A DNA stretch of 41,957 nt from a virus (taxonomy: Duplodnaviria; Caudoviricetes), in IMG/VR virus record IMGVR_UViG_3300037565_000040, positions 1-41,957 of that record. One strand, 5' to 3'. The notes below the pieces were generated by a model. The model saw only the letters and a program-made list of their open reading frames with translations. It was not told where the DNA came from and did no database searches. Both the position numbers and the translations under genes were made by a program. Below are positions 15,372 to 23,086 of the stretch, in pieces (position 1 is the first letter of the stretch; every line of letters begins with the position of its first letter).

Positions 15372-15608
15372 ATGCCAGATGATGAAATGGTCAAGATCGA
15401 AGCCCTAGCGGACTTCATGACACAGTGCCAAAGGCGCATTGCGGCCATCCATGACGATGAAAGCTACCGCCTGACCTATATGTGGGTCACAGGCGCGCCG
15501 GAGTGGTCAGACCTGCCTGAATGGTCCGTTGATGACCTGTCGCATCATCTGGAAGCAAAGCGTCAGGAAGTCGTGCGCAAGGCGATGCCTGGAGCGCTTG
15601 CAGGATGA
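15372..15608 (+). CDS. Hypothetical protein
   Basis: ATGA overlap with ninB. Confidence 0.55.
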   Translation: MPDDEMVKIEALADFMTQCQRRIAAIHDDESYRLTYMWVTGAPEWSDLPEWSVDDLSHHLEAKRQEVVRKAMPGALAG

Positions 15609-16000
15609 GCCGCGCCACCGTGATCCTATACACAGAAGCCGACCGGCACCGGGTCCGCGCATGGGCCTACAAGGCCCCGAAAGGAACGCGGGTCGAGTTC
15701 AAAGAGGTCAAGCGCTCGCTGCCCCAAAATGATCGCATGTGGGCAATGCTGACCGACTTTGCCCAGCAGGTCGAGCAAGCGGGCCGGAAGTTCACCCCTG
15801 ACCAGTGGAAGGTGATTTTCCTTCATGCGCTGGGCCAGGAGGTTCAATTCCTCCCCAGCCTTGATGGGCAATCGTTCGTTCCGTGGGGGCAGTCATCGTC
15901 TGACCTCTCCAAAGCCGAAATGACGGACCTGATCGAGCTTATTTTTGCCGAAGGGGCAAAGCGCGGCGTCGTGTTCCATGACAGCGAGGCAGCCGCATGA
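15605..16000 (+). CDS. ninB: NinB/Orf recombination protein
   Basis: KRSLPQNDRMWAML...SSSDLSKAEMTDLIELIFAEGAKRGVVF. Confidence 0.9.
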   Translation: MSRATVILYTEADRHRVRAWAYKAPKGTRVEFKEVKRSLPQNDRMWAMLTDFAQQVEQAGRKFTPDQWKVIFLHALGQEVQFLPSLDGQSFVPWGQSSSDLSKAEMTDLIELIFAEGAKRGVVFHDSEAAA

Positions 16001-16188
16001 AACTGACGCCCTCGGAAAGCAAGCTAATCGAGCTTATCGAAGCCGCTGGCGGGAGTTACTGCCCCGGCGCTGACTATGCCGCCCCGCCAGAGGTTAACCG
16101 GCTTGTGCGACGCTTAGAACGCAAGGGATTGCTTGCGGTCGAGCCAACGCAGGACGGGCCACGATACACGGTGCGCGGCCATGCTTGA
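15997..16188 (+). CDS. Small winged-helix-like hypothetical protein
   Basis: VRRLERKGLL; overlap chain. Confidence 0.55.
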   Translation: MKLTPSESKLIELIEAAGGSYCPGADYAAPPEVNRLVRRLERKGLLAVEPTQDGPRYTVRGHA

Positions 16189-16552
16189 ATACGTCGCACC
16201 CACCAAACGCCGTTCGATGACGAAGGCAAGGGCAACGCGTATCTTCCTCGAAAACGAGGGCCGGTGCTGCAATTGCGGTCAACTCATCCGGCAAGGTGAA
16301 GGCTGGTTTATCGAGCATGTCGAAAGCCTCGCTCTAGGCGGCGCTGACGACGATACGAACGCCCGCCCTGCCCATACCAAGTGCAAGGCCAAAAAGGACG
16401 CCACAGACGCCGCAGCGAAGGCTCAGAGGGACCGAATGGTCACAGCGTCATGGGAAGGCAAGCGGAAATCCAAATGGCCCTCCCAGCGCCTCGGCAAAGG
16501 CAATTCCCAGCATTCGGCCACAAGGCCCATCAGAAGGAAATCAGAAGCATGA
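16181..16552 (+). CDS. HNH endonuclease
   Basis: CCNCG...IEHVESLALGGADDDTN...H.KC..K. Confidence 0.8.
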   Translation: MLEYVAPTKRRSMTKARATRIFLENEGRCCNCGQLIRQGEGWFIEHVESLALGGADDDTNARPAHTKCKAKKDATDAAAKAQRDRMVTASWEGKRKSKWPSQRLGKGNSQHSATRPIRRKSEA

Positions 16553-16746
16553 GCACCAATGTAGCAATCGCGGAACTTCTCCAGAAGCAGACCTATGGGG
16601 AGCGCATGAAAATGGCCGAGAGCCTCGCGGATGTGTTGGACGATGCCAGACGCAGCATGTCCATCGAAGACGGTTTCGATGCGGACCATGTGGCCAGCAT
16701 TCTTCAAGGATGGGCTGATGCTGAGGTTGAGGAGCCGACAGAATGA
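16549..16746 (+). CDS. Hypothetical protein
   Basis: ATGA overlaps. Confidence 0.6.
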   Translation: MSTNVAIAELLQKQTYGERMKMAESLADVLDDARRSMSIEDGFDADHVASILQGWADAEVEEPTE

Positions 16747-16997
16747 AACCGCTGTTCCTAATCCTCCTAGCCCTGCCTCTATGCGGGTGTGACCTGAATG
16801 CTTTGACGGGTGAACCCTCGGAGTTCCAGAAATACCAGCAGAGAATATCTGCCCTTGAAACACAGGTGGCCAGCCTGTCCGCGCCGGTCGTGGCAAGTGC
16901 AGCGCCAGTGAAGGCAGATCCTGTCCACCAGCCCATTCCAGAGCCTGCACCAGAGCCAGAATGCGTTCCCGTTTTCAGGGTGAAGACATGTCCATGA
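16743..16997 (+). CDS. Putative lipoprotein
   Basis: MKPLFLILLALPLCGC, a signal peptide with a lipobox-like LCGC. Confidence 0.65.
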   Translation: MKPLFLILLALPLCGCDLNALTGEPSEFQKYQQRISALETQVASLSAPVVASAAPVKADPVHQPIPEPAPEPECVPVFRVKTCP

Positions 16998-17149
16998 CCA
17001 AGCCAGACTGGTGCCCGCAACGGGTATGGGATGATGCGGTGGAGGCAGTCGGCTCTCCCGATGTTTATGTCGGCAGGCTGTCCACTCAGGTCATGTATGA
17101 ACAAGTCGCCCACGCCCTTCTCACCGCTCTCCAGGAGACACAGAAATGA
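16994..17149 (+). CDS. Hypothetical protein
   Basis: MTKPDWCPQRVWDDA; ends LTALQETQK. Confidence 0.6.
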   Translation: MTKPDWCPQRVWDDAVEAVGSPDVYVGRLSTQVMYEQVAHALLTALQETQK

Positions 17150-17150
17150 C
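17120..17150 (+). repeat. 31-bp direct repeat, copy 1
   Basis: CTCACCGCTCTCCAGGAGACACAGAAATGAC, identical to 17383-17413. Confidence 0.92.
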
Positions 17151-17412
17151 CACACCAAGCAATGAACAGTTGGAGGGGCTGGTGGAGAGGGTGGAAGCGC
17201 TCGATCCGGTCCAGCGCCAAATGGTTGAGGCATGTGTTTCCCTCGGCTCCGCCTGGGTGACGGCATCAGGAAGCCCGAACGACCTCATGCTGATCGATTG
17301 GATGGCGAAGGGGTGGGTGAACCCTGTCGAGCCTCCGGGCGGAGCGATGAGCCTTGCTGCCTATGCGTTCACCGCCGAAGCCCTCACCGCTCTCCAGGAG
17401 ACACAGAAATGA
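17146..17412 (+). CDS. Hypothetical protein between the 31-bp repeats
   Basis: AGGAG RBS lies within the repeat; also ends LTALQETQK. Confidence 0.65.
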   Translation: MTTPSNEQLEGLVERVEALDPVQRQMVEACVSLGSAWVTASGSPNDLMLIDWMAKGWVNPVEPPGGAMSLAAYAFTAEALTALQETQK

Positions 17413-17413
17413 C
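17383..17413 (+). repeat. 31-bp direct repeat, copy 2
   Basis: Identical to 17120-17150. Confidence 0.92.
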
Positions 17414-18092
17414 AGAGACAGTATCGACTTGGTATCTCGGATCGCAAAATGATGGGCTGTTCATAATCGACAAGCCGCCGCGCCCGTCGAACGATGACCA
17501 ATGGCATGACAGGCCGGATGGGCCAAGCCTCGTGATCCCACTCGGGTCAACGGCTAAGGATAAGGCGCAGGCTATCGTGGATGCTCACAACGCCGCCCTC
17601 CGCGCTGCTACCCCTCCCGCACCGGAGCGGCTTAGCCATGAGACTTCCATCGAGACTATAGATGTTCGCGCCGGAACGTCTGCATTCGTGCGCAACCAGG
17701 AGCGCAAGGAGGTGGGGGTGAAGCCGCTGGAGTGGCGACAAGAGCCGATCCCGCCGATGGGAGAATGGCTCGCATCATCTCCAGTCGGCCTTTACTGCAT
17801 ACTGATTAGCAGCGATAAATTCCGGCTCCGTTTTCGCGATCAAGCAACGATCGGAACATTCGACACGCTGGAAGAAGCCAAAGCCGCCGCCCAAGCCGAT
17901 TACGACGCCGCCATTCGCAGCACCCTCACCCCTGCATTTGGGGGAGAGGTGATGGATGCCGCCCGAGCGGGATGGGAGCGTGGGCGCAATTCGTGGTGCC
18001 CCGCCGGAGTGTTGGCAGATGAAGCGCGCACTGAACGCGAGTGGGCAGAGGCATTGCCCCGCATTCTGGCCACACTCAAGGCAGGGGAATGA
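17409..18092 (+). CDS. Hypothetical mosaic phage protein
   Basis: VKPLEW...TLEEAKAAAQADY module; RBS lies within the repeat. Confidence 0.75.
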   Translation: MTETVSTWYLGSQNDGLFIIDKPPRPSNDDQWHDRPDGPSLVIPLGSTAKDKAQAIVDAHNAALRAATPPAPERLSHETSIETIDVRAGTSAFVRNQERKEVGVKPLEWRQEPIPPMGEWLASSPVGLYCILISSDKFRLRFRDQATIGTFDTLEEAKAAAQADYDAAIRSTLTPAFGGEVMDAARAGWERGRNSWCPAGVLADEARTEREWAEALPRILATLKAGE

Positions 18093-18367
18093 CGATGGGC
18101 AGGAGAAGGCATCGCGTCGTCACTGCGCATCCGGGGGAATTGCGGGTGGCGTTTGGTAGGGCAGACGACGCCTCACTAGATATTCAGTACGCATGGGGTG
18201 GGAAAGGCGCATCAAAGCCAGACGCGAGATGCGTGTCCAATGCGTTCGAGGGTTCCATCATCCACGATGGCAAGACTTTGCGCGAAGTTCTCGTGGAGCG
18301 GGGCTACGACATTACCACGCTAAAATTCAGCATCCAGATGCTCACCAAGGACCATCCCAATGACTGA
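18089..18367 (+). CDS. Hypothetical protein
   Basis: L.ERGYDITTLKFSI; ATGA overlap. Confidence 0.65.
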   Translation: MTMGRRRHRVVTAHPGELRVAFGRADDASLDIQYAWGGKGASKPDARCVSNAFEGSIIHDGKTLREVLVERGYDITTLKFSIQMLTKDHPND

Positions 18368-18575
18368 GACAGAGAAGCCCGCGCCCGATGGGTTGGAGGC
18401 TCTAATCCAGCGGGTCACCAACGCCGAAGCCGAAGTCAAGCGCCTTACCGAAGAGAATGAAGTGTTGAGGGGTGTGCTGAGGGATGCTCTGTACGCGATC
18501 ACTGAAATCGACAACGCGCACAAAGTAGCGCGGAAAATTCGCGCCACCCTCAACAGCAGGGAGAAGGTAGAATGA
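18360..18575 (+). CDS. Hypothetical coiled-coil protein
   Basis: AAGGA RBS; AEAEVKRLTEENEVLR. Confidence 0.6.
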   Translation: MTETEKPAPDGLEALIQRVTNAEAEVKRLTEENEVLRGVLRDALYAITEIDNAHKVARKIRATLNSREKVE

Positions 18576-18679
18576 CCTTCCACACCCGTTACTGGAAACG
18601 CCAGTTAGTTCTAGGAGCTTTGGCCCTGTTCGTTCTTGGTGTTGTGTTTGGCTTTGAATTGATAGGGGGGTGGGAATGA
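18572..18679 (+). CDS. 35-aa single-TM peptide
   Basis: ATGA overlaps on both sides; LVLGALALFVLGVVFGF. Confidence 0.45.
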   Translation: MTFHTRYWKRQLVLGALALFVLGVVFGFELIGGWE

Positions 18680-18885
18680 GCTCGAGCCCTGCAATCGTAA
18701 AGCAGCGCGACGTTACCCGCATCATGCGCGGAGCTCGAGCGGCTGGAGTGGAGCTCGGCATCATTATCAAGAATGGCCAAGCTCATTTTGTTCCCCTTGA
18801 CCAAATCAAGGAGGAATCCGAACCTTCCGCGCTCGAGGCGTGGAGGGCCAAGAGAAATGCGGATAAGGCTCGTGGGCGTTCATAA
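18676..18885 (+). CDS. Putative excisionase / recombination directionality factor
   Basis: Small basic ORF overlapping the 5' end of int; PAIVKQRDVTRIMRGARAAG. Confidence 0.5.
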   Translation: MSSSPAIVKQRDVTRIMRGARAAGVELGIIIKNGQAHFVPLDQIKEESEPSALEAWRAKRNADKARGRS

Positions 18886-19897
18886 AGTCAAAGCCAAGCT
18901 GGCCGATGGAAGCACCGCCTATTACTATTATGCTTGGCGCGGCGGTCCCAGGATCATGGCCAAGCCAAACACTCGAGCCTTTGGCATTGAGTATCACCGG
19001 CTAACCCGGGCCCGGGAAGATGCCCCCGGGAAAGGCAATGTTGCCGAGCTCATCCGGGAATATCTCAAAAGCCCCGCTTACAAGCGCCTGCGTCCGTCAA
19101 CGCAGAAGTCTTACGACTGGGCAATCAACAAGATCGAAGACGAATTCTACGACATGCCCATTCGCGCCCTTGGCGAAAAGGGAGCTCGAAAGCTTTTGCT
19201 CGAGTGGCGCGACAGCTTCGCCAGTACGCCCCGGGCCGCAGATATGGTCATGGCGGTTCTCAGCAAGATCATCGCCTTTGCAGTGGACCGGGAAGATATT
19301 GCCAAGCACCCGCTCGAGAAAGTGGAGAAGCTGGCCGATAGCTCGAGGCGCGACAAGATCTGGACCGACGAACAGGTTGCGGATTTTAAGGCTAAGGCCC
19401 CTGCCCGCATGGTGCTGGCTCTCGAGCTCGCACGATGGACCGGGCAGCGCCAAGGCGATCTGCTGGCGCTTACGTGGTCAGCCTATGACGGAACGCATAT
19501 CACGCTTCGCCAGAGCAAGACCGGAGCTCGAGTGAGGGTAAAGGTTGCGCAGGAGCTCAAGGCTCTACTGGACGCGGAGAAGGCCACCCGGGACGCCAAC
19601 AAGGTGGCTGCGGTGACGATCCTGACGAACCGGATGGGACAGCCCTACAAAGAAGGCTTTCGGTCGTCTTGGGCCAAGGCTTGCGAGCTCGCTGGCGTGA
19701 AGGGCGTTACCTTCCATGATCTGCGCGGCACGTTCATCACCCTGGCGCATCGTGAGGGCTCGAGCATTCGAGAGATTGCCGAGGTCACTGGGCACTCTGA
19801 AAAGGACGCCGAGGCCATCATTCGTAAGCATTATCTGGCTGGCGATTCTGCCGTCACGCGGCTGGAAAACCGGAACAAAAAGGACGGCAACCTGTAA
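18857..19897 (+). CDS. int: Tyrosine integrase
   Basis: WTGQRQGDL (R), QSKTG (K), FHDLRGT (HxxR), TGHS (H), RKHYL (Y). Confidence 0.95.
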   Translation: MRIRLVGVHKVKAKLADGSTAYYYYAWRGGPRIMAKPNTRAFGIEYHRLTRAREDAPGKGNVAELIREYLKSPAYKRLRPSTQKSYDWAINKIEDEFYDMPIRALGEKGARKLLLEWRDSFASTPRAADMVMAVLSKIIAFAVDREDIAKHPLEKVEKLADSSRRDKIWTDEQVADFKAKAPARMVLALELARWTGQRQGDLLALTWSAYDGTHITLRQSKTGARVRVKVAQELKALLDAEKATRDANKVAAVTILTNRMGQPYKEGFRSSWAKACELAGVKGVTFHDLRGTFITLAHREGSSIREIAEVTGHSEKDAEAIIRKHYLAGDSAVTRLENRNKKDGNL

Positions 19898-19978
19898 AAC
19901 GGCCATTTCGGTGTAAAATATGCACCGCTTAATGGGCGATTGAGTTGGACGCAAAGGCCCGGAAATGCTAGATTTTAA

Positions 19979-20023
19979 TGGTCGGAGCGGCCGGATTTGA
20001 ACCGACGACCCTTTGTCCCCCAG
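19979..20023 (-). other. attP: attP core: 3' half of tRNA-Pro(GGG)
   Basis: Minus strand CTGGGGGACAAAGGGTCGTCGGTTCAAATCCGGCCGCTCCGACCA, running from the anticodon loop through the T arm to CCA; 81 bp downstream of int. Confidence 0.9.
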
Positions 20024-20136
20024 TTCCCGCATCGCGGCTAGAATGTCAATGGGGTCAATTGGATAACAAGGGCCATTTTGTTTTTCGCCCATTCTGGGCG
20101 CATTGATTCAGAACAAGAATTTGGAGCTCGTGTAAA

Positions 20137-20445
20137 ATGATCCCACCTTATGCATACCCCCTAGTTGAGCCGCGCCCGCTGCACCCGAACGCCACACCAT
20201 CCGAGCGGCTAGAGTATCAGCGCCAGATGGAAGAATACCGCCGCGCGGTTCGAGAACGAAACGAACAGATGAATTGGGATGAGGCCGCGCATCTGGTGTT
20301 AGCGGGCGTTTTCGTCTTGCTGTCCGTTGTGGCGGTGCTTGGAGGAGCTTATGCGGTTGCCGGATTTCGTGGCGTCTCTATCGCTATTGCCTGCCCGCTG
20401 GTGTTCTGGCTGGCTGTGGTCGAAGTGAAACGCCGTCTAGACTGA
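20137..20445 (+). CDS. Membrane protein next to attP
   Basis: Two C-terminal TM segments. Confidence 0.6.
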   Translation: MIPPYAYPLVEPRPLHPNATPSERLEYQRQMEEYRRAVRERNEQMNWDEAAHLVLAGVFVLLSVVAVLGGAYAVAGFRGVSIAIACPLVFWLAVVEVKRRLD

Positions 20446-20609
20446 ATTGGATAACTGGAAAGGAATGGGGGATGGCCCAGCTTCTACCCGTTGAATGCGG
20501 GGCTTGTGGATGGAAGGGGCGACGGAAGCCGGGTAATCTGGTGTTCTGCCCTAAGTGCGGACAATGCGCCGGTTTTCAGACTGGCACAAACCACCCCGAT
20601 TAATGCCAA

Positions 20610-20858
20610 ATGGCAGAGTATGACATGGACTGGAAACCGATAGAAGCAGCGACCGACGAAGTAAAGGCTAACTGCGTTCTTGGATATGGCCACAAGGTTT
20701 ACCGAGCCGATCCTCACAGGAAGGATATGGACTACTTTCTTGCTTGGCACGAAGGTGGTCGCTGGGTCACGGACGATGTTGACGTTGATACAAGGGAGGT
20801 TGCCTTGATTGCCTTTGTTGTTCTTACGCCCCCAGAAATGGCAGAGGATGAGAGATGA
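20610..20858 (+). CDS. Hypothetical protein
   Basis: MDWKPIEAA motif (DUF551-like start). Confidence 0.55.
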   Translation: MAEYDMDWKPIEAATDEVKANCVLGYGHKVYRADPHRKDMDYFLAWHEGGRWVTDDVDVDTREVALIAFVVLTPPEMAEDER

Positions 20859-21061
20859 GTGAAGAAGAAGTCAAAGCGTGGGTAAGGGAGTACATCTCCG
20901 CGAAGACCCAAGCCTTCCTGTCCAGCGAGGATGGCTTGAAATACCAATCCGATGTCTATTCCGGCTTTGGCGCATTACGGATGACCGAGGGTGGCGAGAT
21001 TGAACGTGTTTCCCCGGAAGAGATAGCAGAAAGCACGCTACCTAATCCCCCTCGCTCCTAA
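20855..21061 (+). CDS. Hypothetical protein
   Basis: GAGG RBS; ATGA overlap. Confidence 0.55.
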   Translation: MSEEEVKAWVREYISAKTQAFLSSEDGLKYQSDVYSGFGALRMTEGGEIERVSPEEIAESTLPNPPRS

Positions 21062-21281
21062 ACATAACCCCACCCATGCCAAGAAAGACAGGAATGGGTT
21101 CTGTCTCTCCATGGCAGCGACCGACTAGAACAAGCTTTTGTTGCTCGTCATCCGTGATCCGGGAAAGGGACCAGTCGGTTATTCGCGTTCCACAGACGCC
21201 GCAACGGTAGTCCAGAGAACGGGGCTTTGAGCGGACAAAGGTGGTATCGCCCGCCTGTTCAAGCGCCGATGCTGCCATCAT
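21042..21281 (-). CDS. Hypothetical protein, possible Zn ribbon (start uncertain)
   Basis: CGVCG...RCHGE. Confidence 0.4.
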   Translation of the reverse strand: MMAASALEQAGDTTFVRSKPRSLDYRCGVCGTRITDWSLSRITDDEQQKLVLVGRCHGETEPIPVFLGMGGVMFRSEGD

Positions 21282-21609
21282 CCCCGCGCCCCGAAAGCTT
21301 CTTGGTCAATTCGTTGGCAGACCCGACTACAATGGGTGGAATAAGGCAGTCATTGACTTCCAAGCCCAGCAGCACTTGCCCGCCTGCAATGACCAGAAAG
21401 CCGCGCGTGACGCCTTCGAGATCCTGTCCGGTAACGACTTCCGCCGCCTTGACGAACGTGGGCAAACTGTCTTCTGGAATGACCTTCCAGGGTGCGCCAG
21501 CCGTGGCAAAGGAATGCAGGGTTGCTTCAAACGGGTATTGGCATTCTTGAGCTTGCGCGGAAATAGGCGCGAGCAGAAGCGCTCCCGCGATGAGCAGGGT
21601 TTTCAACAT
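21259..21609 (-). CDS. Secreted hypothetical protein
   Basis: Sec signal MLKTLLIAGALLLAPISAQA; two Cys residues. Confidence 0.7.
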   Translation of the reverse strand: MLKTLLIAGALLLAPISAQAQECQYPFEATLHSFATAGAPWKVIPEDSLPTFVKAAEVVTGQDLEGVTRGFLVIAGGQVLLGLEVNDCLIPPIVVGSANELTKKLSGRGDDGSIGA

Positions 21610-21627
21610 GTCGGTGCCTTTCGGGGG

Positions 21628-22662
21628 TTAGCGGCTACGCAGCCAAGTCAGGTATTCAAGCCCTGCCTCAATATCCAGAGAGGCGTGTACAATGGGGTTC
21701 TGGCGGTCTGTGGTAGGATCAATGATCGTGACCCCCGCATGGCCTTCCTGCTGCTCTGTATGGCCAAGGAAATGGCCGTAGCTGTCGGCTTCCTTGTAGC
21801 CCTTCGCTCGCATGAGCCACGTTGCCTGAGAGCGTGAGGCAAATTCCTCAAAATGGAGCGCTGCATTGTGGCGATGGCCAGAAAACACGAAATCAGCGGG
21901 CCAGCCCATCTGAGCGGTCTTGGTTTCCGCGTGCAGGGAGTTCCACATTGAGTTGCCTTTGTGGTCGTGTGCCAGATCGCACCGGCACTCTCGACCATTG
22001 GCAAACTCCAGCGTGACCTTCGCGCCCCATGATGCCATAGGCACCAGATCGGCATTCATCATGCGCAGGATGGTTTCGCCGTCGCCCCAGAGGTCATGAT
22101 TGCCCAAGGCCCAGAACAGCCAGGGGACGCCGCTCTCTTTCAGGAACCACTCGACAAGCTGGCGCTCCTGATGCTTGGATGTTTCCTGCTCTGCCCATTG
22201 CTTGCCGAGCTTGCCGTTCACCGGCCAAGAGTTGGACGCATCGCCCATGAACACACCAAAGGCGTGAGGGGTGTCAGCCACCAGCTCGCAATGCTCTAGC
22301 AGGAGGTCATAATTGCAGCCGTTGTCGCCAAGGTGAACGTCCGTAAACCAGACGATGGCGAGGGGTTCTTTTGTGTCGATGGCAATGCGCCGGTTTTTCT
22401 CAGCATGGAAGCGGGCGCGGTGCTTGCGGGATCGGCCCGCCAGATGGGTGATAAGGTCCGCGTTGCTCATGTCTGCGGAAGGGACCGGAGAGGCTGCGAA
22501 GGCGGGTCGCTCAGGTAATGTGCTGGCCAAAAGGATCTGCCCTCTAAGGGTGCTTCGTTTCATGCCCAGACGGCGGGCCGCTTCGGATTGGTTGCCTCCG
22601 CATTCTTCGAGCATCTCTTGAACGCGACGAAGGTCTTTTTCAGGTACGCCGGGATTTGCCAT
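21628..22662 (-). CDS. Fis-like HTH plus calcineurin-like metallophosphoesterase
   Basis: GGNQSEAARRLG; TDVHLG, MGDASN, GNHD, AHDH, SGHRH. Confidence 0.88.
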   Translation of the reverse strand: MANPGVPEKDLRRVQEMLEECGGNQSEAARRLGMKRSTLRGQILLASTLPERPAFAASPVPSADMSNADLITHLAGRSRKHRARFHAEKNRRIAIDTKEPLAIVWFTDVHLGDNGCNYDLLLEHCELVADTPHAFGVFMGDASNSWPVNGKLGKQWAEQETSKHQERQLVEWFLKESGVPWLFWALGNHDLWGDGETILRMMNADLVPMASWGAKVTLEFANGRECRCDLAHDHKGNSMWNSLHAETKTAQMGWPADFVFSGHRHNAALHFEEFASRSQATWLMRAKGYKEADSYGHFLGHTEQQEGHAGVTIIDPTTDRQNPIVHASLDIEAGLEYLTWLRSR

Positions 22663-22663
22663 G

Positions 22664-22963
22664 TCACTGCCCCCGCGCTGTGGCTCGCAGCTCTTCTACA
22701 GCCGCCCGCGTATAGCTCATGTCGGTTTGAAGCTGGGTCAGAATGCGGGTCTGATCTACCTTGTCCTGCCCCAATTGTCGGATCAGGTCTGACAAGCTGG
22801 ATTCCAGCACAGTGACCCGCTGGCTGACCGATAGAATTTCCTTGGCGTTGGTCCCCACGCCGTTTGTAAGATTGAACCATCCGCCGACAAGGCTAACGAG
22901 CAGCAATGCCACCGTCACAACGTTGCCGATGGAGAATTTCGGGTCGAAGTCGAGTTTTGGCAT
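22664..22963 (-). CDS. Lysis-module membrane protein (single TM plus coiled coil; holin/spanin-like)
   Basis: FSIGNVVTVALLLVSLVGGW followed by heptad repeats; downstream of the endolysin. Confidence 0.6.
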   Translation of the reverse strand: MPKLDFDPKFSIGNVVTVALLLVSLVGGWFNLTNGVGTNAKEILSVSQRVTVLESSLSDLIRQLGQDKVDQTRILTQLQTDMSYTRAAVEELRATARGQ

Positions 22964-23042
22964 ATTCAGAAACCCTCAACCCATCGGGTGGTAATTGTGT
23001 TTGCAGCCATTGCGCCGCCCCTAATGCTGGCGTGAGTGGTTA

Positions 23043-23077
23043 GGCCGGGGTAGAGTGTTGACGCACCCTGCCCCGGC
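23043..23077. other. GC-rich intergenic hairpin after the endolysin
   Basis: GGCCGGGGTAGAGTG-ttgacg-CACCCTGCCCCGGCT. Confidence 0.5.
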
Positions 23078-23086
23078 TGCTTTTGG

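Noticed and set aside
17120-17413. CRISPR mini-array from the 31-bp repeats
   Set aside because: Only two copies, 232 bp of coding sequence between them, and no cas genes.
19979-20023. Complete tRNA-Pro gene
   Set aside because: Only the 3' half is present, with no D arm or 5' acceptor strand. Interpreted as the attP core.
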